This document shows, piece by piece, positions 7,896 through 16,886 of a stretch of 64,000 nucleotides of DNA (positions are counted from its first letter, which is position 1; every line of letters starts with the position of its first letter). The stretch covers positions 64,135 to 128,134 of the forward strand of contig CAZBLE010000002.1 of the NCBI GenBank assembly GCA_964492735.1, written 5' to 3'. The position numbers and the translations under genes were made by a program. Origin of the DNA: an uncultured Gammaproteobacteria bacterium (GTDB lineage: Bacteria > Patescibacteriota > Patescibacteriia > UBA9570 > XYC2-FULL-38-9). The notes beneath the pieces are model-generated. The model did no database searches, was not told the DNA's origin, and worked only from the letters and a program-made list of their open reading frames with translations.

Positions 7896-9392
7896 ATGAT
7901 TCAAAAGATGGATAAGGCGAGGTCTTGGTTTGCGGAGTGCTTTAAGCAGGTTAATTGGATGGATTGGAACATCCTCAACGTGCTAACCTTCGTCGTCGGC
8001 ACACTCTTCTTCGGGACGTTGCTGACGGTCATTGAAGGCCTGTCCATCACGGATGGAGTCTTCATGGTCACTTCGGCTCTGTGCGTCACGGGGCTCTCGA
8101 GCGTCGACTTCTCGCAGTTCACTCCGGCCGGTCAGATTCTCATTGCCCTCTGCATCCAGATGGGTGGGTTGGGAATCGTCACGTTTACTTTGCTGGCGGG
8201 CAGCTACATCGTGACTGGTTTGTCAAAGCGTGAGTCTGTTGCAGCGCTGCTGACCAGCGCTTTTGAAACGGACGACCACAAGTCTGCGCGGTACATGCTC
8301 TTCAGCGTGATCCTGCGGTATACGCTGCTTTTTGAAGGCGGCGGAACCCTGATCATGGGAGCATGGCTCCAGTGGGTCAACACCACAACCTTGTCCCCGG
8401 GCCAAAATCCGTGGACCTGGGCGTTTTTCCATTCCATTTCCGCGTTCAACAACGCAGGGTTTGGCATGGAAAGCGACAACCTGATGAAGTTCGCAGGAGA
8501 CCCGGTTATCAACGGTGTCATTGGCGGGCTGATTATCGCTGGAGGAATCGGCTACACTGTCATCCTCGCAGCTCACGTCTGGGTCCTGCGCCGTCTCGGA
8601 AACGGTGATAACTATCAGCAGCTGTTCGAGAAGCTGGTAGCTTCGCCAGTGCAGATCATCATCGCCCGGCGTGGCACGGTCCTGCTCCTTGCCGTTGGAA
8701 CTTTTGTGCCTCTCGTCATCGAGTGGAACAATCCGATGTTCAAGGACTTCAACACGTTCAGCATGCTGCTAGCAACCTGGTTCAACACCGGCGTGAGCCC
8801 GCGAACGGCAGGCTTCAACACCATTGATTTCAGCCAGTTGCATCCAACGACGCTTTGGCTAACCATTGCGTTGATGTTCATCGGCGCAAACCCTGGCGGC
8901 ACTGCGGGCGGGATCAAGATCCCGACCATGTACGTGCTGTGGGGCTACCTGCGCAACTGGCACCGTGAGCCTGGTGCGCACGTCATCGTTGCACATCACA
9001 TGGTGAGCGGGCGCACGGCCAAAAACGCCATCAACCTTTTCTTCTTCAGCGTCATTTGGGTTGGTATCGCAACCTTCCTGGTGACGGGCGCAGAAGAGTG
9101 GCGGATGGCTGAGGATCCGCGGATCAATCCGCTGGCGCTGCAATTTGAGGTCGTCAGCGCCTTCGGAACAGTTGGACTCAGCTTGGGACACCCGAGCGTC
9201 CCGTACTCGCTCTCTGGTGTGCTGTCCACCTTCAGCAAGTGGGTCATTATTCTCACCATGCTGATCGGTCGCCTCGGTCCGTTGACGTGGCTCGGGCTCT
9301 GGCCGTGGCCGCACAATGAGACAGCAGAGGGTGAAGATGCAGATCTCGATCCCGAAGCTCCTCGTGAGCCGGAGAAGCTGCAGATCGGCTGA
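7896..9392 (+). CDS. trkH: TrkH/KtrB-family cation (K+) transporter, paralog 3. It is GC-rich and probably a xenolog.
   Basis: About 50% identical to paralog 2 (ALCVTGLSSVDF, NNAGFGM, GGIGYTV, TAGGIKIPT), and it shares the C-terminal ...EKLQIG. The coding GC is visibly ~60%, against ~40% in the flanks. ATG 7896 is preceded by GGAGA. The ORF-track start at 7884 is a TTG. Confidence 0.85.
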   Translation: MIQKMDKARSWFAECFKQVNWMDWNILNVLTFVVGTLFFGTLLTVIEGLSITDGVFMVTSALCVTGLSSVDFSQFTPAGQILIALCIQMGGLGIVTFTLLAGSYIVTGLSKRESVAALLTSAFETDDHKSARYMLFSVILRYTLLFEGGGTLIMGAWLQWVNTTTLSPGQNPWTWAFFHSISAFNNAGFGMESDNLMKFAGDPVINGVIGGLIIAGGIGYTVILAAHVWVLRRLGNGDNYQQLFEKLVASPVQIIIARRGTVLLLAVGTFVPLVIEWNNPMFKDFNTFSMLLATWFNTGVSPRTAGFNTIDFSQLHPTTLWLTIALMFIGANPGGTAGGIKIPTMYVLWGYLRNWHREPGAHVIVAHHMVSGRTAKNAINLFFFSVIWVGIATFLVTGAEEWRMAEDPRINPLALQFEVVSAFGTVGLSLGHPSVPYSLSGVLSTFSKWVIILTMLIGRLGPLTWLGLWPWPHNETAEGEDADLDPEAPREPEKLQIG

Positions 9393-9451
9393 TGCATGAT
9401 TCCGGGCAGGCAGTGGGCGGTCCCGCCCCTGCCTGGAACTTCGAGGCCATC

Positions 9452-9497
9452 AAAAAACTCGCGCGATCGTAGTGATACAATCTCGCGAGTTCTTTTT
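9452..9497. terminator. Bidirectional intrinsic terminator between convergent trkH-3 and the eIF-2B-like gene.
   Basis: An A6 run, then the 8-bp stem AACTCGCG/CGCGAGTT, then CTTTTT. A second GC-rich hairpin (CAGGCAGTGGGCGG/CCGCCCCTGCCTG) lies at 9407-9435. Confidence 0.6.
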
Positions 9498-9514
9498 ATA
9501 TGTAGACAGAATAT

Positions 9515-10483
9515 TTATTTCTCTGAATCTGAATCAGAGAAAAAATCGGTACGCATTTGTTCACGTTCTTTGTAGCGTTCAGTGTAGAGCTGTTTAATTT
9601 CGGTTGGTTTCATGGTGCCCATTTCTGTGACGACAAAATCAAATAATTCAGCCGGCACGCGATCATGTGAAAATTTGATTCGTTCATAGGTCAAAATTTT
9701 CTTGGAATCAGCGTGGACTTTTTTTTGTGATGTTTTGTATGTACTGTGAGCCTTGTTTGATTGCCACAGTGAAAACTTCTTGGTTGCCATAAACATGTAT
9801 GTCGGAATATGGTCGGCATGAAATTCTGCGAGCACAGAATAGCTTCCAGCATCGCATACAAAGTTTTGATCGTAGTTTAAGGTTGTCGCACCAAAAAATA
9901 CTTTTGTAACATCTTGTGCAATATGCGACAGCATATATTCAGGAACCACAACAAACGGAATGTTATTTTCTGTAAAATTTGCAACCATATCAATGGTTTT
10001 ATCGGTTTCTTGCTCCGCCAGAATCACCGTAAACTTCTTTTTTTGGTTTACAGCAGTAGCAAGAATACGTCGCACAGTCCCAGAGTGAGAGTGAACTAAC
10101 ACAGTATCACCATCTTCTACGAGCTCTGCTCCACTGCGAACAATTACTTCAAATTCATCAGCATTGTCTACTTGCACTTTTTGAGTAGCTCTCACTACAA
10201 CCGCTTTAAAATCATCGACTGTGTGAATATTCTCACGTTCTAATTCAAGCGCTTGCCAGACATCATAAAAGTAAAAAATCACTAATGAAATTCGAGGTTG
10301 TGTATTTTTTACTTCACAAAACAGTTTGTAAAATTGTTTGAATAAATCATCAACTGTTTTTGCTTGAAAGCTATCTAACGTTTGCTGCAGTGTGTCCATG
10401 ACAAATTCTCCAAGCCGTGTAGATCCTTGCTCAGATTCAATGGTGCGGAATAAGTTTGAAAGTTGGTCTGTTGTTTGTGTCAT
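9515..10483 (-). CDS. eIF-2B alpha/beta/delta-family (IF-2B fold) protein. It is related to MtnA / ribose-1,5-bisphosphate isomerase, but the catalytic Cys and Asp positions appear to be replaced.
   Basis: VLVHSHSGTVRRILATAV...FTVILAEQ...IPFVVVPEYMLSHI...VFFGATTLNYDQNFVCDAGSYSVLAEFHADHIPTYMFMATKKF follows the IF-2B family layout. It shows HSHSG where THCNTG is expected, and GATTL where GADRI is expected. Confidence 0.5.
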   Translation of the reverse strand: MTQTTDQLSNLFRTIESEQGSTRLGEFVMDTLQQTLDSFQAKTVDDLFKQFYKLFCEVKNTQPRISLVIFYFYDVWQALELERENIHTVDDFKAVVVRATQKVQVDNADEFEVIVRSGAELVEDGDTVLVHSHSGTVRRILATAVNQKKKFTVILAEQETDKTIDMVANFTENNIPFVVVPEYMLSHIAQDVTKVFFGATTLNYDQNFVCDAGSYSVLAEFHADHIPTYMFMATKKFSLWQSNKAHSTYKTSQKKVHADSKKILTYERIKFSHDRVPAELFDFVVTEMGTMKPTEIKQLYTERYKEREQMRTDFFSDSDSEK

Positions 10484-10495
10484 ATGCGTTCAGAA

Positions 10496-11803
10496 TTAAA
10501 AGAGATACAAGCGACCCATTAAATAGAGTGAGCTGACAGTCAGGGTGATGATTGTAATCGGCATGCCCATTTTCGCAAATTCACCGAACGAAATATTGAC
10601 ACCGTGTTTTTTTGCAAGCTCAACAGCGATGTATCCAGCAGAAGAGCCAATGATTGTTCCATTACCACCGAGACATGCTCCAAGGGCTAATGCCCACCAC
10701 ATTAAGTCCAAATCTGGTTGGCCAGTCATTTTTTCTTGGAGTTCAAAAATAACCGGAATCATTAAGGCGACAAATGGAATGTTATTAATGACAGTTGACG
10801 CAAGGCCAATTACCCAGACAATCATTAATAGCATTAAAGCGTAATTGTCAGAAAAACGAGCAATTTGCTCTGTAATAACAGAGAGGAAGCCAACTTTTTC
10901 TAGCGCGCCAACTTGCACGAATAAACCAACGAAGAACAATAATGAGTCCCATTCAACTTCTTGCATGGCTGCTTTAAACGGTACGCGGCCAATGGTCAAA
11001 AGCGCCAAGACAATACCCGAACTCAAGCCAACGACACCAACAGATACGCCAATAAACGGCTGAACCACAAATCCAATCATTGTTGCAATTAATACGATAA
11101 GTGAAACAACGACAACATAGGGTTGCATGCCTTTTTGCTTAAAAGCTAAGGCAATACGCCGAACAGCGAGCGTGCCCATAAATAGCTGAGTCAAATTCCC
11201 TTTAATGGATTGAAATGAATGACGGTAGATCAGCATCATGTATCCCATTGAAAAAACAGACATGATAAGTACGGGAATCCATAAATTTTGAATAAATGAT
11301 ATGAAAGAAAGCCCAGCTCGGACACCAATTAATGTATTTGGTGGATCACCAATCAATGTTAATGTGCCTCCAATGTTACTAAAAATGGCAATTGCAACAA
11401 CGAGCAATTTGGCATTCATGTTAAGATTTTTTGCTAAGGCAATCGCCAGTGGGATAATTAAAATAACCACTGTGACGTTGTTTAAAAATGTACTTGTAAT
11501 TGCTGTTACCCCAGTAAACAGTAAAAAAACGGCAATTGGACTGCCGCCTGAGAGCGTTGCGATTTTTGTATTGAGCCAGGAAAAAATCCCTGATTTTTCA
11601 GCAATTGCAACTGTAAACATGAGACCAAGCAATAAAGCGAGGGTTTCAAAGTCAATCGCATGAATTGCTTCCTCCCAGGTAAGAATACCTGTCACTATGA
11701 GTAAGACAGCGCCTGCGAGCGCAATCATGGTGTTATCGATGCGTTCTATGAATAAAAGAAAAACGCACAGAACGAACACTCCAACGGCAAATGCCATTTC
11801 CAT
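10496..11803 (-). CDS. ArsB/NhaD-superfamily ion permease (CitMHS/YbiR-like).
   Basis: About 12 TM segments with the IGDPPN motif (GGTLTLIGDPPNTLIG) and the internal duplicated topology typical of ArsB/NhaD permeases. Confidence 0.6.
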   Translation of the reverse strand: MEMAFAVGVFVLCVFLLFIERIDNTMIALAGAVLLIVTGILTWEEAIHAIDFETLALLLGLMFTVAIAEKSGIFSWLNTKIATLSGGSPIAVFLLFTGVTAITSTFLNNVTVVILIIPLAIALAKNLNMNAKLLVVAIAIFSNIGGTLTLIGDPPNTLIGVRAGLSFISFIQNLWIPVLIMSVFSMGYMMLIYRHSFQSIKGNLTQLFMGTLAVRRIALAFKQKGMQPYVVVVSLIVLIATMIGFVVQPFIGVSVGVVGLSSGIVLALLTIGRVPFKAAMQEVEWDSLLFFVGLFVQVGALEKVGFLSVITEQIARFSDNYALMLLMIVWVIGLASTVINNIPFVALMIPVIFELQEKMTGQPDLDLMWWALALGACLGGNGTIIGSSAGYIAVELAKKHGVNISFGEFAKMGMPITIITLTVSSLYLMGRLYLF

Positions 11804-12144
11804 ATAATAATGTTAGTAATTAAAAAAACTTAATGAAAAGCCAAAAAGCAGCATACGCCTCTTTTAGTTCAGGTGCAATAGATTCGTTGCGTGAACTGTG
11901 GACAGAAATGTTGATATTGTACGTATTGACATACAAGGTATTTTAAGATAGAGTGGACCCTGTAAAAAGATTTCTTTTTCGCACATTTTATATTGATTTT
12001 TGCAACAACCAGATCCTATTGAGTATATACGGAGACGAGTGAATAATTCTATTGTTCGTTGGTCCCCATAGATAACTCGAATCAGACTGTGGGAGGATCG
12101 AGTTGTAAAAAAGCATTTCAACCTTAATTTTAAGGTATTTTCGG

Positions 12145-12173
12145 TTGACTATGTGCAATAAATCATATAAAAT
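12145..12173 (+). promoter_or_regulatory. Sigma70-like promoter of the A/V-ATPase operon.
   Basis: TTGACT at 12145-12150, a 17-nt spacer, then TAAAAT at 12168-12173. The ORF-track ATG at 12174 falls inside the -10 element. Confidence 0.5.
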
Positions 12174-12218
12174 ATGATAGAATTTTATTCATCTACGATC
12201 ATTAATATTGAATTCACC

Positions 12219-12503
12219 ATGCAAAAAATTGTTGAACTCATTGGGCTAGAAGAGCGGCACGCAAAGGCTACTGCTGCTTTGGAAGAGGAAATGGCTCAAA
12301 AGAATGCAGCGGCAGACGCTGAGCATACACAAGCAATGAACGCTGCTGAGGCGCGTTTACAAACAAAAGATCAAACAATTGATACAATTGTAGCGGCAAA
12401 AAAGGAAGAAATTGCTGTAGATCTAAAAAATGAAACCGCAACAGATAAAACAACAGTTACAGTTACAGATATTGAAAAAGTTATTTTAGAACATATTAAT
12501 TAA
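12219..12503 (+). CDS. atpH: A/V-type ATPase subunit H-like (small coiled-coil stator subunit).
   Basis: A 94-aa Ala/Glu/Lys-rich predicted coiled coil immediately upstream of subunit I. Its position matches archaeal ahaH. Confidence 0.5.
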   Translation: MQKIVELIGLEERHAKATAALEEEMAQKNAAADAEHTQAMNAAEARLQTKDQTIDTIVAAKKEEIAVDLKNETATDKTTVTVTDIEKVILEHIN

Positions 12504-12512
12504 TCTTTCTGT

Positions 12513-14552
12513 ATGGCAGTATTGGCATGTAAAAATATTACCATCAACTTTCCGAAAGAATCGACAAAGCAGGTGCTGCAAGCGATTCAACGGTTGCAAG
12601 TTGTTGAATTGCGTGAACAGCAAACAACAGTTGCATTACCGGAAAATATGGTAAATAAAGAGGCGGAAATTATGCACCAAATTGAGGTTGCAAATAAAGC
12701 CTACGATGCAATTGCAACGCTTGCTCCAAAAAAGGGCGCGCTTTCATTTTTAGCAGATGAACGTATTGCAATTTCATCTGAAGAATTTGCAGACGCAGTT
12801 GAGAAAAAGAGTACATTATTAAGCTGGGCTGAAGACATTACTGTACAACATGATGAGCAAATTCGTTTACGCGATGAACAAGAGGCTTTGGAACAAACTA
12901 TCCACACAGTTCAACCATTGCGCGATGTTGACGTAAAAATCTTTGGTGATTTTCAATACGTTGCGTTCGTTCCATTTTTTGTGCATGAAACTCGAAATGA
13001 CTCAGTCTTAAGTGATATTCAAAAGCGATTTCCTGAGGCTGTTGTGGAAGCCATTGATAAGATGAATGATGAATACGTCAATGTTGCGGCAGTAGCAAAA
13101 GAAGACCGTGAGGCGCTCGTTGCATATTTAATGGATAATGCAACAATGATTTCTGTTGACACAACAGTAAATGGTTCATTCCATGATGTATTTACACAAT
13201 CTTCGAATCGATTAGAAGAAGTAAAAAACCGCATTGCTGAGATTGATGCATTTATGGCAGAAAAAGCGAACCATATTGAATCAATGGCCGTGCTCAAAGA
13301 TGTCTTGCATTCTGAGATTAAAACATTATTTGCATGGCATTCACTTAAAGAAACTGGTGATACGTATATTGTTGAAGGATATTTAGAGCCAGGAGCTGAA
13401 GAATTGGTGACTCGCACATTTGATGAAATGTCAGGTGTGAGTGTTTCTGTTACTGAAGGATCTGATCAAACAAAAGTTGTCATGAAAAACAATTGGTTTG
13501 TGAAACCATTTGAAATCGTGACACAAATGATGGGAACCCCACTCGGTAATGGTATTGACCCAACACCATTACTCGCAATGTTCTTTGTTTTCATGTACGG
13601 GCTCGCATTATCTGAAGCTGGCTATGGCTTAGTCTGTGCCATTCTTACTGGAGTCTTGTTGCTCGTTGTGAAAAACATGAAACAAGGACCAAAGTCATTA
13701 TTCACAATTATCTTTTACGCTTCAATTTCAACTGTGGTTGTTGGTGCTATCTTTGGTAGTTGGTTTGGTGTTACTCCATCAGATATTAATATCGATAACC
13801 CAGATCAATATTTACCACATACCCGCTTTTTAATTAGCGTTGGTGTCTGGCCACTTGCTCAAAAACTACAGCTACTCAACCCATTGCAGCAAATTTTAAC
13901 ATTAATGATTGCAATGGGAGTGCTTGGTATTTTTCATTTGATGGTCGGATTAGCGCTATCAGTGCGTCAATATCTCAAACGCGGTGAACCAATGGAAGCA
14001 TTTTTTGCAGCTGGTTCATGGATGGTATTTCTTACGTTGATCATTCTCAATGTTCTCAATATGCAAGGCATGTTGGGAGAAGCGATGAAAAACTCGAGTG
14101 TACTCACAATCATTTTTGGTGTGTATTTCGTCATCATGATTCCAATTGTTGGCCGTGAGTCTGCAAGTTGGTTTGGGAAATTTGCCAAAGGTGCTTTTGA
14201 TCTCTTCTTTGGAGCGATTGGATACATCTCAGACATTCTGTCTTATACCCGTCTCGTTGCTCTCGGGCTTGCGACCGGTATTATTGCCGCCGTTGTTAAT
14301 ACATTAGCAGCTCTAGCTGGTGGTGGTTTGGCAAATTCTGATAACCTCGGAAAGGTTGTGATTGGTTACGTGATTATGCTCGTCATCTTCCTTGGTGGCC
14401 ATCTGTTCAATATCGCATTAAATGTGTTGGGCTCGTATATCACTGTTGGCCGTTTGCATTTTGTGGAATTCTTTGGAAAATTCTTTGAAAGTGGTGGTCA
14501 AGAACTGCAGCCACTGTCACCTTCTGAAGAATATATTCGTATCGTTAAATAA
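12513..14552 (+). CDS. atpI: A/V-type ATPase subunit I (membrane a-subunit).
   Basis: 679 aa: a ~350-aa hydrophilic N-terminal domain, then a C-terminal multi-TM domain that includes the conserved Arg-containing helix region. Confidence 0.8.
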   Translation: MAVLACKNITINFPKESTKQVLQAIQRLQVVELREQQTTVALPENMVNKEAEIMHQIEVANKAYDAIATLAPKKGALSFLADERIAISSEEFADAVEKKSTLLSWAEDITVQHDEQIRLRDEQEALEQTIHTVQPLRDVDVKIFGDFQYVAFVPFFVHETRNDSVLSDIQKRFPEAVVEAIDKMNDEYVNVAAVAKEDREALVAYLMDNATMISVDTTVNGSFHDVFTQSSNRLEEVKNRIAEIDAFMAEKANHIESMAVLKDVLHSEIKTLFAWHSLKETGDTYIVEGYLEPGAEELVTRTFDEMSGVSVSVTEGSDQTKVVMKNNWFVKPFEIVTQMMGTPLGNGIDPTPLLAMFFVFMYGLALSEAGYGLVCAILTGVLLLVVKNMKQGPKSLFTIIFYASISTVVVGAIFGSWFGVTPSDINIDNPDQYLPHTRFLISVGVWPLAQKLQLLNPLQQILTLMIAMGVLGIFHLMVGLALSVRQYLKRGEPMEAFFAAGSWMVFLTLIILNVLNMQGMLGEAMKNSSVLTIIFGVYFVIMIPIVGRESASWFGKFAKGAFDLFFGAIGYISDILSYTRLVALGLATGIIAAVVNTLAALAGGGLANSDNLGKVVIGYVIMLVIFLGGHLFNIALNVLGSYITVGRLHFVEFFGKFFESGGQELQPLSPSEEYIRIVK

Positions 14553-14582
14553 CTATTTAAAATCTATTAATTTTTTACAACT

Positions 14583-15053
14583 ATGATCGGAATTGTATAC
14601 GCAATTATCGGAGCAGCGATCGCTTCAGGCTTCGCTGGTATTGGATCTTCAATTGGTGTGGCTCGCGTGGGTCGAACTGGTGCAGGATTAGTAGCACAAG
14701 ACGGCAGTCAATTTGGAAGTATCTTATTGTTTTCTGCACTCCCTGGCTCACAGGCTGTCTACGGAATGCTTGCTGCAATTTTAATTTTGCAAAACACAGG
14801 CGTGTTATCTGGTACTCCAAAAGCGGTGACTCCAGAACAAGGATTAATGTTATTGTTTGCTGGTTTGCCAGTTGCATTAACATGTTTAGCTTCTGGAACA
14901 TTCCAGGGCTATACTATTAGTTCAGGTATCCAAATTATTGCAAAAGATAAAACACGCACTGGTCAAGTAATTATTTTAGCTGCGATGGTTGAAACATTTG
15001 CGATTTTTGGCCTTTTGGTCACTATCTTGATGATTAATGGCGTGAAGATTTAA
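14583..15053 (+). CDS. atpK: A/V-type ATPase proteolipid subunit K: a 16-kDa, 4-TM duplicated c-subunit with an NtpK-like Na+-binding signature.
   Basis: 156 aa, made of two hairpins. The only carboxylate is E137, in TM4 (AAMVETFAIFGL). TM2 carries L53-S56-Q57-Y60 (ALPGSQAVYG) and TM3 carries Q108. The spacing matches E. hirae NtpK (L61/T64/Q65/Y68/Q110/E139). Confidence 0.85.
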   Translation: MIGIVYAIIGAAIASGFAGIGSSIGVARVGRTGAGLVAQDGSQFGSILLFSALPGSQAVYGMLAAILILQNTGVLSGTPKAVTPEQGLMLLFAGLPVALTCLASGTFQGYTISSGIQIIAKDKTRTGQVIILAAMVETFAIFGLLVTILMINGVKI

Positions 15054-15072
15054 TTCATAGTTTGATTAGCAC

Positions 15073-15621
15073 ATGACTCTTCATACAACAATTGAGCAGA
15101 GAATGAAGGATGATGAGCAGGTCTTGCGTGGCCAGCTTATTGCATCACTTGAATCTCAACAGTTAACACATCGTCAAGAATTGGCTGAAAAGGAAAAGCT
15201 CGCCAAAGCAATGATCGATGATGTTGCTGCAGAACGTGTCTTTTTATCAACGTATCAAATGAAGCAAGATGTCTATTTTGCTGGCATTGAAGTTGATCGA
15301 AAGACGATTGATCAAGCATATCAAAACGTTTTGCCACAATTGCTCAACACAAAAACATTTATCGCACATATCGAAAAATTTTTAGCAGGCGTGGACACAG
15401 CTACAACATTGATTGCTGTTGGCACGCACGCTCAAGTACTTGCTGATGCAGTACGCGCTGCTGGACATACAGCAGTTGAAGTCAAAGAGGGTTCAGGAAA
15501 TGGCGCAGTGTCATATGAACAAGGCAGTATCCGTGCAGAATTTTCTATCGATGAATTTCTTGCAGATGTAAAAAAGATGACAATTTCATTTGTCTCAGAA
15601 TTTATTCGCAACAATGGCTAA
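15073..15621 (+). CDS. atpE: A/V-type ATPase subunit E.
   Basis: 182 aa: an N-terminal coiled coil plus a C-terminal globular domain. Its operon position is between K and C. Confidence 0.65.
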   Translation: MTLHTTIEQRMKDDEQVLRGQLIASLESQQLTHRQELAEKEKLAKAMIDDVAAERVFLSTYQMKQDVYFAGIEVDRKTIDQAYQNVLPQLLNTKTFIAHIEKFLAGVDTATTLIAVGTHAQVLADAVRAAGHTAVEVKEGSGNGAVSYEQGSIRAEFSIDEFLADVKKMTISFVSEFIRNNG

Positions 15622-16534
15622 CGATATCTCTACTATTGCAGCAAGTTTCTTGAAGGATCTCTACGCAATCCCGCCTTTTGCTGCTATGCGCGCTGCAGTT
15701 GAAGGGGGTTCGTTGCTTGCGAATCCTGAAGGATTCTTAGGCTCTGCATTCACCACAGAAACAGGCGCTGTTGTTGGCGAAGGCCAGCTTGATGCCTATT
15801 ATCGATCAGTTCTTGATCGAATTATCGCGGAATTACCAGAAAACAGTCTAGAGCGTCAATATATTGTCTTAACGGATGAATTTCGATTCATTAAAGAGAA
15901 GTATTTAGTGTTCCGTTCCACAGAGGTGTCACGCTTTTTTGAAACACTGACCCAAGAATTTGCTGACTCACTCACGTTGATCGATCTGTACCGTGCTGAC
16001 CTTGAAGAATTAGAAGAACGAATTCATCAGATTGATGATACGTTTGAGTTTGTGAGTGTGATTGATCGCAGCTATCTCAGTGTACTCGCTCGATTAGCCG
16101 GCAGTGCTGATGCATACATGCGTGAAATGATTCGAGTAAAAATTGAGCATTACAACATCATGACTGCGTTGCGTATGACGCAACTTGGAAAAAACCGCGA
16201 GCTCATTGAATCATTATTTATCACCGGTGATCTTGTTGATACCTATGCATTAGAACACCTCGAATATCGCGATGTTGTTTCAGAAATTGGAATGATGCTT
16301 GGCCTCAAGCCAGACCAAACATCCGTTACTTCTATTGAAACACATCTTTTAAATCATGAGATTGCTGTGATTAACACAGCGACTTTTGAGGGAGTGACTG
16401 GCGCGCGAATTATTCAATATGTTGAACAACTCCGCTTTTTCATTGCCAATATGAAAGTTGTATTTGCGAGTAAAGCAATGGGATTAAAAGAAGAGGAAGT
16501 AATTCAACGCTTCGTTGCTTACGACGCTATCTAA
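15614..16534 (+). CDS. atpC: A/V-type ATPase subunit C (eukaryotic d-like).
   Basis: About 307 aa and helical. ATG 15614 overlaps the atpE stop (ATGGCTAA). Its operon position is between E and F. Confidence 0.65.
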   Translation: MANDISTIAASFLKDLYAIPPFAAMRAAVEGGSLLANPEGFLGSAFTTETGAVVGEGQLDAYYRSVLDRIIAELPENSLERQYIVLTDEFRFIKEKYLVFRSTEVSRFFETLTQEFADSLTLIDLYRADLEELEERIHQIDDTFEFVSVIDRSYLSVLARLAGSADAYMREMIRVKIEHYNIMTALRMTQLGKNRELIESLFITGDLVDTYALEHLEYRDVVSEIGMMLGLKPDQTSVTSIETHLLNHEIAVINTATFEGVTGARIIQYVEQLRFFIANMKVVFASKAMGLKEEEVIQRFVAYDAI

Positions 16535-16544
16535 TATTGATTGT

Positions 16545-16877
16545 ATGAAATCACAAACAGCCATTGCCATCGGAAAAACAGGAACAACAACCGGCCTTCG
16601 AATGTTTGGTTTTGTCTGCCATGAAGTAGACAATATGGAAGACATGACAGGCATTATCGAGATGCTCGAAGCGCAGCGTGCAGGTATTGGCATGGTGCTT
16701 TTGACATCAGATATTCAATTGTCAGATCGACAGTTGAAAAAGTTTCAAGCTCTTGGTCTCCCGTCTATTACCATTCCAATTCACGGAGATCAAAAAGCAG
16801 TTGCGACAGCGCAAATGGAACAACTGATCGAAAAAGCGGTTGGTATGAAACTCAATTTCTTAACGAGCGAAAAATAA
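16545..16877 (+). CDS. atpF: A/V-type ATPase subunit F.
   Basis: MKSQTAIAIGKTGTTTGLRMFGF... is the typical subunit-F N-terminus (compare MKIAVIGD.DTV.GFRLAG). About 110 aa. Confidence 0.7.
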   Translation: MKSQTAIAIGKTGTTTGLRMFGFVCHEVDNMEDMTGIIEMLEAQRAGIGMVLLTSDIQLSDRQLKKFQALGLPSITIPIHGDQKAVATAQMEQLIEKAVGMKLNFLTSEK

Positions 16878-16886
16878 TTCACGAAT

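Noticed and set aside
8032-9480. Numerous overlapping ORFs on both strands inside the GC-rich trkH-3 gene (8032..8214, 8204..8521, 8223..8576, 8363..8608, 8615..8929, 8859..9314, 8996..9397, 9253..9480).
   Set aside because: High GC suppresses stop codons in all frames. The long TrkH-homologous frame fully explains the region, and the others have low-complexity Arg/Ala/Pro-rich translations.
11864-12121. An 85-aa minus-strand ORF in the NhaD/atp intergenic region.
   Set aside because: It lies within the divergent promoter region, has a Cys-rich unnatural composition and has no RBS. It is more likely non-coding.
12174-12218. The ORF-track start of the atpH-like gene at ATG 12174.
   Set aside because: This ATG lies inside the predicted -10 element (TAAAAT at 12168-12173). 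I used the next ATG, at 12219.
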